Part shown: positions 5,863-13,115 of the stretch, piece after piece
Layout of the letters: every line of letters starts with the position of its first letter
Position numbering within the stretch: position 1 is the stretch's first letter
Origin: a virus
IMG/VR virus record: IMGVR_UViG_3300020169_000026
Strand: one strand, 5' to 3'
DNA: 46,896 nucleotides
The notes under the pieces: generated by a model
Told to the model about the DNA's origin: nothing
Databases searched by the model: none
What the model saw: only the letters and a program-made list of their open reading frames with translations
Program-made: the position numbers and the translations under genes

Positions 5863-5953
5863 GGTACTACTTACGTTTCTTACATTAGGTTTTATAACTT
5901 GATGATATATATTACTAAATATAAAAACGTAAGTATATACGTAAGTAGTAGCC
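5863..5953. repeat. Inverted repeat flanking an AT-rich core upstream of terS
   Basis: ggtactacttacg (5863..5875) is complementary to cgtaagtagta-g-cc (5940..5953). The 64-nt spacer is very AT-rich and contains a further AACGTAAGTAT copy. Confidence 0.7.
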
Positions 5954-6058
5954 TATCATATTCCCCCTACAACCATGACGAACCTTTCCGATTGTCGCTA
6001 ACAAAACTAGATGTGGTCATGCCGATGTGGGGTTTATTTATTAAGGTACAGAAGAACT

Positions 6059-6454
6059 ATGACTATCCAAGCTACAAAGTACAGCGAGATAATCGCTAAG
6101 AAAGTTACTGAAGGCATCAGGAATGGTGTCTCTGTAAAAGATATTATGGGGTCGATCCAGCAATATCAGAATGCTCCTTCCAGTTCAGCTACATTCTATA
6201 AGTTGTACGGAGAACTAATATCACAGACTAGAGCAGATATAATAGGTAAGATAGGTAATGTCGTTATCAATAATGCATTGCAAGGTGACTTTAAAGCCGC
6301 AGAGTTTTACTTAAGATCTAAAGGGGGTTGGTCGCCTAACAGTACAGTGAATGAAGTAGAGCAAGAAGCAGATCCAGATGAGGATCTAGCCGCAGTAGAT
6401 AGCGTTATGTCGCTACTAGGAAAGAATATAACTCCCGATGAAAATAACAGCTGA
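6059..6454 (+). CDS. terS: Terminase small subunit (putative)
   Basis: The track ORF is 6011..6454, and the ATG at 6059 is preferred. It lies directly upstream of and overlapping TerL, is 131 aa, has an HTH-like N-terminus, and carries the motif AAEFYLRSKGGW typical of TerS proteins. Confidence 0.65.
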   Translation: MTIQATKYSEIIAKKVTEGIRNGVSVKDIMGSIQQYQNAPSSSATFYKLYGELISQTRADIIGKIGNVVINNALQGDFKAAEFYLRSKGGWSPNSTVNEVEQEADPDEDLAAVDSVMSLLGKNITPDENNS

Positions 6455-7784
6455 TGACTTAAGAGCATTACCCGATGCAGAAGTCCATAGAATACTAAAA
6501 GAGATTGGTCCAGCAAAGGCTGATGAGCTTAGGTATGATTGGAACTTCTGGGCTAGACCTGACCAGTTAGAACCGAAAGGTGACTGGACAACATGGATAG
6601 CATTAGCTGGTCGAGGATGGGGTAAAACTCGTGCTGGAGCAGAATGGGTAAGACATCGAATTAAGAAGGGTGACAAGATTGTTCATTGTGTCGCACCAAC
6701 TAAAGGTGATGTAAGAAGAGTTATGGTTGAAGGAGACAGTGGACTTCTGAATGTCTGCTGGAAAGGTGATAAAACATATAGAGGAAAGAATATAGGTTTC
6801 CCTATTTGGTCGCCAACTAATAGTACACTAACATGGGAGAATGGAGCTAAGGCTGTTTTCTTCTCTGCTGAAGATCCAGAACGATTACGTGGTCCACAAG
6901 CATACAGTGCTTGGACTGACGAACTTTGCGCTTGGCGCAATGCACAAGAGACTTGGGACATGATGATGTTCGGTCTACGTCTAGGACGTAAGCCACAAGT
7001 CTTTGTAACAACAACCCCCAAAACAACAAAACTACTAAGAGGTATAATTGCTGATGATAAGACATACATCAGTAAGGGTAGCACATTTGATAATGCGGCT
7101 AACTTAGCAGGTACTTTCTTAGATGCAATTAAGAAGACTTACGAAGGCACACGTCTTGGTAGGCAAGAATTATACGCAGAGATATTAGACGAAGCGTCAG
7201 GTGCGCTTTGGAATAGGAAACTCCTACATTCATGTGAGATAGACAAGGACGAAGTTCCTCAGTTAGCACGTATCATAGTTTCGATTGACCCAGCAGTTAC
7301 ATCGAATACTGATAGTGATATGACTGGTATGGTTGTCGCTGGCATAGATGTTAATGGAGTAGCTTACGTATTAGAAGATCACACTGATCGTTACACACCG
7401 CAACAATGGGCATCTAAAGCCATTGAGTTATATCGTAAACACATGGCTGACCGCATAGTAGCGGAGAAGAACCAAGGTGGAGATATGGTGCGTCACACTC
7501 TGCACACTGAAGACGAAAACGTGCCAGTCAAACTTGTACACGCAAGTAGAGGCAAAATGGCTCGTGCTGAACCTGTCTCTGCTTTATATGAGCAAGGTAA
7601 AGTCAAACACGTCAAAGGATTGAATGATTTAGAGGATCAGATGGTACAGTGGGAACCTTTAGGGTCCACAGGCTCACCAGACCGTCTTGATGCTATGGTA
7701 TGGGCTATAACGGATCTATCACTTAACGGATATGCAAAACCACAGCTAGTTCTGGCATATTCTAACGCTAAAGGCTTAAAGTAA
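6438..7784 (+). CDS. terL: Terminase large subunit (GTA-like/Terminase_6 type)
   Basis: Walker A context WTTWIALAGRGWGKTRAGAEWVRH closely resembles the RcGTA-type TerL signature. 448 aa with a nuclease C-terminal half. Confidence 0.9.
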   Translation: MKITADDLRALPDAEVHRILKEIGPAKADELRYDWNFWARPDQLEPKGDWTTWIALAGRGWGKTRAGAEWVRHRIKKGDKIVHCVAPTKGDVRRVMVEGDSGLLNVCWKGDKTYRGKNIGFPIWSPTNSTLTWENGAKAVFFSAEDPERLRGPQAYSAWTDELCAWRNAQETWDMMMFGLRLGRKPQVFVTTTPKTTKLLRGIIADDKTYISKGSTFDNAANLAGTFLDAIKKTYEGTRLGRQELYAEILDEASGALWNRKLLHSCEIDKDEVPQLARIIVSIDPAVTSNTDSDMTGMVVAGIDVNGVAYVLEDHTDRYTPQQWASKAIELYRKHMADRIVAEKNQGGDMVRHTLHTEDENVPVKLVHASRGKMARAEPVSALYEQGKVKHVKGLNDLEDQMVQWEPLGSTGSPDRLDAMVWAITDLSLNGYAKPQLVLAYSNAKGLK

Positions 7785-7785
7785 A

Positions 7786-9144
7786 ATGGTAAAGAAACTC
7801 TCACAGACGGAATCGACAGCGATACTAGGTGTCTCTGGTGAAAATACAATTAACGGTCAGATACGTTCCGATGAGTTTCTACCAGAACTTAGAGGCAAAA
7901 AAGCGATACGAAAGTACCGTGAAATGCGTGATAATGATAGCACTATCGGTGCAGTTATGTACGCTACGGAACAGGTTTTGCGCGATGTAGACCTAAAAGT
8001 TTGTCCTTGTGACGATTCTGAGGAAGCTAAACGCGAAGCTGACTTTGTTGAGAGTGTTTTGTGTGATATGGATCATACGCTAGACGATCACATAGCTGAA
8101 GCTCTATCTTGTTTGTCGTATGGCTTTGCATGGTTCGAAGTAGTATACAAACGCAGAGTTGGTCCTACTCAAACAAATGATAAGAAGAGATCTAAGTATA
8201 CTGACGGTAGAATGGGTGTACGTAAGATAGCAATGCGCGCACCTTGGACAGTATCTAGGTTTGATGTAGACAACAAGACTGGTGATATACAAGGTGTTTA
8301 TCAGGATGGCGGTTATGCAGGTACTACGAAACATTATATACCTTCTCGTAAGAGCTTGTACTACCGTACTACTAGTCTTAATGGAGATCCTAGTGGTCGT
8401 TCTATCTTGCGTAATGCATATACTTCTTATGAGTACCTTAATAACTTACAGGCTATTGAAGCGATTGCTGTAGAGCGAGAGTTAGCAGGTATTCCAGTAG
8501 CTCGTATTCCTTCGGAGTACCTATCCCCAGATGCTACATCATCACAAGTACAGTTTAAGTCTAATCTTGAGCAGATACTACGTGACGTTAAGTTTAATGA
8601 ACAAGGTTACATAATTACTCCTTCAGATACTTACCCTGATAAGGATGGAAGTCCTACTAATATCAGGTTAGTTGACGTGGAACTTATGTCTTCAAGTGGT
8701 TCTAGGAACATCGACATTGACCCCATAGTAAAGAGGTATCAACACGATATCGCTAGGAGTGTCTTATCAGAGTTCCTAATGCTTGGTAGTCAAGGCGGTT
8801 CATACGCTTTGTCGAAGAGCAAGACAGACTTGTTCCTCCGCGCACTTGAGAGTTACATCCAGCAAATTGTCGATGTCCTCAATAAGCAACTAGTCGAGAG
8901 ACTATGGGAGTTGAACGGTCTGGACTATTCGTTGATGCCGACTATTGAAGCTGGCGATGTCGCACCTCACGACCTACGTGAGATTGCAGGGTTCTTGCGT
9001 AACCTTAACGGCGCAGATATTAGCGTTAGTGATCACCCAGAGGTTATACAAAACCTTATGGATATAGCAGACCTAAATTATGACCCCGATAGGGAAACAG
9101 AAACAGAAGAGCAAGAAGCTCTTGAAGAACAGGAAGAAGAATAA
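7786..9144 (+). CDS. Portal protein (Mu gp29/DUF935-like)
   Basis: 452 aa, immediately after TerL. It has an acidic C-terminal tail and a YREMRDNDSTIGAV... region typical of this portal family. Confidence 0.75.
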   Translation: MVKKLSQTESTAILGVSGENTINGQIRSDEFLPELRGKKAIRKYREMRDNDSTIGAVMYATEQVLRDVDLKVCPCDDSEEAKREADFVESVLCDMDHTLDDHIAEALSCLSYGFAWFEVVYKRRVGPTQTNDKKRSKYTDGRMGVRKIAMRAPWTVSRFDVDNKTGDIQGVYQDGGYAGTTKHYIPSRKSLYYRTTSLNGDPSGRSILRNAYTSYEYLNNLQAIEAIAVERELAGIPVARIPSEYLSPDATSSQVQFKSNLEQILRDVKFNEQGYIITPSDTYPDKDGSPTNIRLVDVELMSSSGSRNIDIDPIVKRYQHDIARSVLSEFLMLGSQGGSYALSKSKTDLFLRALESYIQQIVDVLNKQLVERLWELNGLDYSLMPTIEAGDVAPHDLREIAGFLRNLNGADISVSDHPEVIQNLMDIADLNYDPDRETETEEQEALEEQEEE

Positions 9145-9515
9145 TGGCATTTCTAAATGACAGAGTGTTTGATAATGGTTTGACTACATTAGACACAGAA
9201 GCAAACGTAGTCCACGTAACTTCAGCAGAAGCTACAACTTATACGGCGGCTACATCTACATTAACACTAGGTAACTCTACCTCACTTTCCATCGCGGCTC
9301 CTTCGGATCGTACTGGTGGTGGACGTAAAGTCACAGTATCAGCTATCTCAGATGGTTCGATTACAGGTACAGGAACAGTTACTCACTACGCTCTAGTAGA
9401 TACTAACAACTCACGTTTGTTAGCTACAGCGGCTCTTACAGCATCACAGTCAGTTACAAGTGGTAACACATTTACATTGGCTTCATTTGATATTGGTATC
9501 CCTGATCCAACTTAA
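9144..9515 (+). CDS. Hypothetical structural protein
   Basis: 123-aa Ser/Thr-rich ORF that is translationally coupled to the portal gene. Confidence 0.6.
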   Translation: MAFLNDRVFDNGLTTLDTEANVVHVTSAEATTYTAATSTLTLGNSTSLSIAAPSDRTGGGRKVTVSAISDGSITGTGTVTHYALVDTNNSRLLATAALTASQSVTSGNTFTLASFDIGIPDPT

Positions 9516-9525
9516 GGAATAAACT

Positions 9526-10794
9526 ATGGCACTTGTTATTAAAGATCGTGTAAAAGAAACAACTACTACAACTGGTACTGGGACTTACACATTAGCAGGT
9601 GCTGAAGTTGGTTTTCAATCGTTTTCCACTATAGGTAATGGTAATACTACTTACTATACTGTTACTGATGGTGGGGACTGGGAAGTTGGTATTGGAACGT
9701 ACACTGCTTCTGGAACAACTTTAGCACGTACAACAATACTATCATCATCTAACAGTGGTAATGCAGTTAATTGGTCAGCTGGAGAGAAGTTTGTATTTGT
9801 AACTCAACCTTCCTCTAAAGCATCTTTCTTAGATGCAAGCGGTAATCTAAACTTCAGTGACAACCAGAAAGCTATTTTCGGAACTGGGTCTGATATTGAG
9901 ATTTACCACAACGGAACTGATAGTTTTATTGATGAAAAGGGGGCTGGTTGGCTTTACATTAGAGGTAACAACACAGTTATCGGCAAATACACTGGTGAAA
10001 CCTATATGAAAGGTATAGTTGATGGTGCTGTTGAATTATACCATGACAATACTAAAAAGATTGAAACAACAGCATCAGGCATATCAGTAACAGGCAACGT
10101 AACTGTATCAGGCACAGTAGATGGTCGTGATATAGCGACAGACGGAGCTACTCTAGATAACGTAGAAACTGAAGTTGCGGCTCTTGCTAATGGTATGGTA
10201 TATAAAGGCGACTGGGATGCTTCTGCTGGTAGTTTTCCATCGGGCGCACAAACTGGTTGGTTCTACTATGTATCTGTAGCTGGAACTGTAGACAGCGTAG
10301 CATTTCATGTAGGCGATAACATTGTCGCCACTACAGATAACGCTTCTACTACTACTTTTGCTAATAACTGGTCTAAACACGATAACACAGATGCAGTTCA
10401 ATCAGTTGTCGGATTAATTGGTTCTATAACTAAGAGTTCACTTCTAACTGCGTTAAATGTAGAAGACGGTGCAGATGTAACAGATACAGCTAATGTAACA
10501 TCTGCTGGTGCTTTGATGGATAGTGAAGTTACTAACTTAGCTCAAGTAAAAGCATTTGATAGTACAGATTATGCTACAGCCGCACAAGGTACTACTGCTG
10601 ATAATGCAGTACCTAAAGCTGGCGGAACAATGACAGGAACTCTATTTACTCCGACAGTAGACTTTGGTGACTGGACTATAACTGAAAGCGGAGGATCTTT
10701 ATTCTTTGCTTATAGTGGAACAAATAAATTCAAACTCGACAGTAGCGGAACATTGTCTGTGACTAATGACATACAGACTGACCAAACAATATAA
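9526..10794 (+). CDS. Fibre-like structural protein
   Basis: 422 aa, Thr/Gly-rich. It has the N-terminal motif TTTTGTGTYTLAG...YYTVTDGGDWEVGIGTY and the VDGRDIATDGATLDNV box shared with the next gene. Confidence 0.7.
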   Translation: MALVIKDRVKETTTTTGTGTYTLAGAEVGFQSFSTIGNGNTTYYTVTDGGDWEVGIGTYTASGTTLARTTILSSSNSGNAVNWSAGEKFVFVTQPSSKASFLDASGNLNFSDNQKAIFGTGSDIEIYHNGTDSFIDEKGAGWLYIRGNNTVIGKYTGETYMKGIVDGAVELYHDNTKKIETTASGISVTGNVTVSGTVDGRDIATDGATLDNVETEVAALANGMVYKGDWDASAGSFPSGAQTGWFYYVSVAGTVDSVAFHVGDNIVATTDNASTTTFANNWSKHDNTDAVQSVVGLIGSITKSSLLTALNVEDGADVTDTANVTSAGALMDSEVTNLAQVKAFDSTDYATAAQGTTADNAVPKAGGTMTGTLFTPTVDFGDWTITESGGSLFFAYSGTNKFKLDSSGTLSVTNDIQTDQTI

Positions 10795-10820
10795 CATAAG
10801 CTAATAGTGAGTACACGAAG

Positions 10821-12776
10821 ATGGCAGTAAAAATAAACGGCACTGAGGTAATTGACGACAGTAGAAACGTAGTAAACGTAGGTACTGTTGACGGTAGAGA
10901 TGTTTCTACTGATGGGTCTAAACTAGATAACGTATCTGCTAACGCAGACGTTACTGCCACAGCTTTACCTACAGCATTGACAGGTTTATCTACTAGTGCA
11001 TCTCCAGCATCTGACGACCTTATTGTGTCGTATGATACTTCTGCTGGTACTTGGAAAAAAGCTACTGTTACTGCCACTGCTCTTCAAGGTCAGAAGGGAC
11101 AGAAAGGTGAAGTTGGAGCTACTGGTTCTCAAGGTATTCAAGGTAATACTGGAGCAACTGGTAGTGCTGGATCTAACGGAGCTAAAGGTCAAAAGGGTGA
11201 GGTCGGTGTAACTGGTAATACAGGATCGACTGGAGCTAAAGGTCAAAAAGGTGAAGTTGGAGTTACAGGTAATACTGGGTCTACAGGTTCTACTGGTCAA
11301 AAAGGTCAGAAGGGCGAAATTGGAGCTACAGGAGCTACAGGTAGTGCTGGTTCTAACGGTTCTACTGGTCAAAAGGGTCAGAAGGGCGAGGTTGGCGCAC
11401 AAGGTATTCAAGGTAATGCTGGTAATACTGGATCGACTGGTTCCCAAGGTCAGAAAGGCCAAAAGGGAGAAGTTGGCTCAACTGGTGGTACAGGCTCAAC
11501 TGGACAAAAAGGACAGAAGGGTGAGGTAGGTAATACTGGCTCAACTGGCTCTACAGGTAATACAGGTTCGCAAGGACAAAAGGGACAGAAGGGTGAGGTA
11601 GGAGCTACGGGTTCTACAGGCTCAACTGGAAGTACTGGATCTCAAGGTCAGAAAGGCCAAAAGGGAGAAGTAGGAGCGCAAGGTAATACTGGTAATACTG
11701 GTAGTACAGGCTCAACTGGTTCTACTGGTCAGAAGGGTCAGAAGGGACAGACTGGATCTACTGGCGGTACTGGTTCAACTGGATCGACTGGACAGAAGGG
11801 ACAGAAGGGACAAACAGGTTCTACAGGCTCTACAGGTGGTACTGGTAGTACTGGTCAAAAAGGACAAAAGGGTGAGAGCTTCTCTGGAAGTGGTACTGGC
11901 GCAGTCCAGATACCAGCTGGTACAACAGCACAAAGACCCAGTAGCCCAGTAAATGGGGCATTCAGATATAACACTGAGAAATATGAAGGTGAGTTCTGGA
12001 GTCAAACTAAGAGTTTGTGGGTTGGTGCCAACCAAAAGCCTCCTTTTAATATTGAATATATAGTAGTAGCTGGTGGCGGCGGAGGTGGTTATCGAGGGTC
12101 ACGTTGGGCTGGCGGTGGCGGCGGTGGTGGTTATCGATCAAATGTATCAGGTGAATCTTCTGGTGGTGGTAACAGCGCAGAGAGTACACTACAGGCCGTT
12201 ACTGGAGATCAAATGACTGTAGTCGTCGGTAGCGGCGGTGTACCAGGGATTCAACCTAATGGTAGTTGGGATGGCGGAGATGGTAACAGTAGCTCTCTGA
12301 CACTTGGTTCTACAACTATAACCTCTCAAGGAGGCGGCGGTGGTGGCTCTGGTACTGGGCGTAGCGGTGGCTCTGGTGGTGGAGGTGTTAATGGAGCTGG
12401 TGGAGGTTCAGGTACTTCTGGTCAAGGTTATGCTGGGGGTGGAAGTACAGACCAAGGTTATGGAGGTGGCGGCGGTGGAGCAGGCGCGGCAGGCATTCAG
12501 AGATATGGCGGATCTGGTGTCCAAAGTAGTATAACTGGAACAGCAACATATTATGCTGGTGGGGGTTCTATGAACGGGTCAGGTTATGCAAATGGCGCAC
12601 AAGGTTATGGCGGTGGCGGTTATGCTAATTTCTCTGCTGGCGGTTTGACTGGTCTATCTGGTATTGTTGTAATTCGTTATGCTGGCACACCACAAGGTAC
12701 TGGTGGAACTCGGACTACATCAGGTGGATATACAACACACGTCTTTACTAGTTCTGGTACATTACAATTCGAATAA
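10821..12776 (+). CDS. Collagen-like fibre protein with a glycine-rich C-terminal domain
   Basis: 651 aa. It has an N-terminal VDGRDVSTDGSKLDNV box, 88 uninterrupted G-X-Y triplets, then a poly-Gly-rich domain ending GIVVIRY. Confidence 0.9.
   Translation: MAVKINGTEVIDDSRNVVNVGTVDGRDVSTDGSKLDNVSANADVTATALPTALTGLSTSASPASDDLIVSYDTSAGTWKKATVTATALQGQKGQKGEVGATGSQGIQGNTGATGSAGSNGAKGQKGEVGVTGNTGSTGAKGQKGEVGVTGNTGSTGSTGQKGQKGEIGATGATGSAGSNGSTGQKGQKGEVGAQGIQGNAGNTGSTGSQGQKGQKGEVGSTGGTGSTGQKGQKGEVGNTGSTGSTGNTGSQGQKGQKGEVGATGSTGSTGSTGSQGQKGQKGEVGAQGNTGNTGSTGSTGSTGQKGQKGQTGSTGGTGSTGSTGQKGQKGQTGSTGSTGGTGSTGQKGQKGESFSGSGTGAVQIPAGTTAQRPSSPVNGAFRYNTEKYEGEFWSQTKSLWVGANQKPPFNIEYIVVAGGGGGGYRGSRWAGGGGGGGYRSNVSGESSGGGNSAESTLQAVTGDQMTVVVGSGGVPGIQPNGSWDGGDGNSSSLTLGSTTITSQGGGGGGSGTGRSGGSGGGGVNGAGGGSGTSGQGYAGGGSTDQGYGGGGGGAGAAGIQRYGGSGVQSSITGTATYYAGGGSMNGSGYANGAQGYGGGGYANFSAGGLTGLSGIVVIRYAGTPQGTGGTRTTSGGYTTHVFTSSGTLQFE
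11088..11879 (+). repeat. Collagen triple-helix repeat region (88 G-X-Y triplets, 12 G-[Q/A]-K-G-Q-K units)
   Basis: Direct reading of the translation shows no proline, with every lysine in the Y position followed by Gly. The nucleotide-level repeats generate spurious ORFs in other frames. Confidence 0.95.
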
Positions 12777-12791
12777 GTTTAGAGGTAAATT

Positions 12792-13115
12792 ATGAAATAC
12801 TTTGCAAAAGTAAATAATGGAGTGGTACTGCGTGTAATTGTTGCAGAGCCTGAGTTCTTCAATACATTTGTTGATGACAGCGCAGGTGAGTGGATAGAAA
12901 CAAAAACGGATGGTACATTGCGTAAGCACTACGCTGGTATTGGATACTCCTACGATCAAACACTTGACGCATTTATACCTAAGAAACCATATTCTTCTTG
13001 GGTGTTAGATGAGGAAACTTGCCTGTGGGAAGCCCCTACCTCTATGCCTACTGGTACTGACACTCAATATGTCTGGAATGAAGAAACTAAGGCTTGGGAT
13101 ATAGTTGAAAAGTGA
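12792..13115 (+). CDS. Hypothetical protein, possible fibre chaperone or adaptor
   Basis: 107-aa ORF between the collagen-like gene and the modifying enzyme. It has a GAGG SD, and its stop overlaps the downstream GTG start. Confidence 0.6.
   Translation: MKYFAKVNNGVVLRVIVAEPEFFNTFVDDSAGEWIETKTDGTLRKHYAGIGYSYDQTLDAFIPKKPYSSWVLDEETCLWEAPTSMPTGTDTQYVWNEETKAWDIVEK

Noticed and set aside
5611-6099. 162-aa + strand ORF covering the AT-rich region upstream of terS
   Set aside because: Its start (5611) is GTG. The translation is Ile/Tyr/Lys-rich and of low complexity. It runs through the promoter-like element and the inverted repeat, overlaps the terS start, and has no SD.
6683-7084. Antisense ORFs inside large genes, for example 6683..7084 -, 6847..7065 -, 16868..17170 -, 17532..17825 -, 26179..26535 -, 30520..31026 -, 32916..33413 -, 36389..36826 +, 39019..39373 on both strands, 44432..44719 +
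   Set aside because: All lie opposite well-supported genes with recognisable domains. They have no SD and biased composition, and are typical shadow ORFs.
10986-12035. Track ORFs in other frames or strands across the collagen repeat (10986..11462 -, 10996..11211 +, 11251..11529 +, 11362..11544 -, 11775..12035 -) and 12340..12534 +
   Set aside because: They lie entirely inside the 651-aa collagen-like gene. Their low-complexity translations (L/T/S/V-rich) are the expected by-product of GGT-NNN-NNN periodic repeats that lack stop codons in alternative frames.
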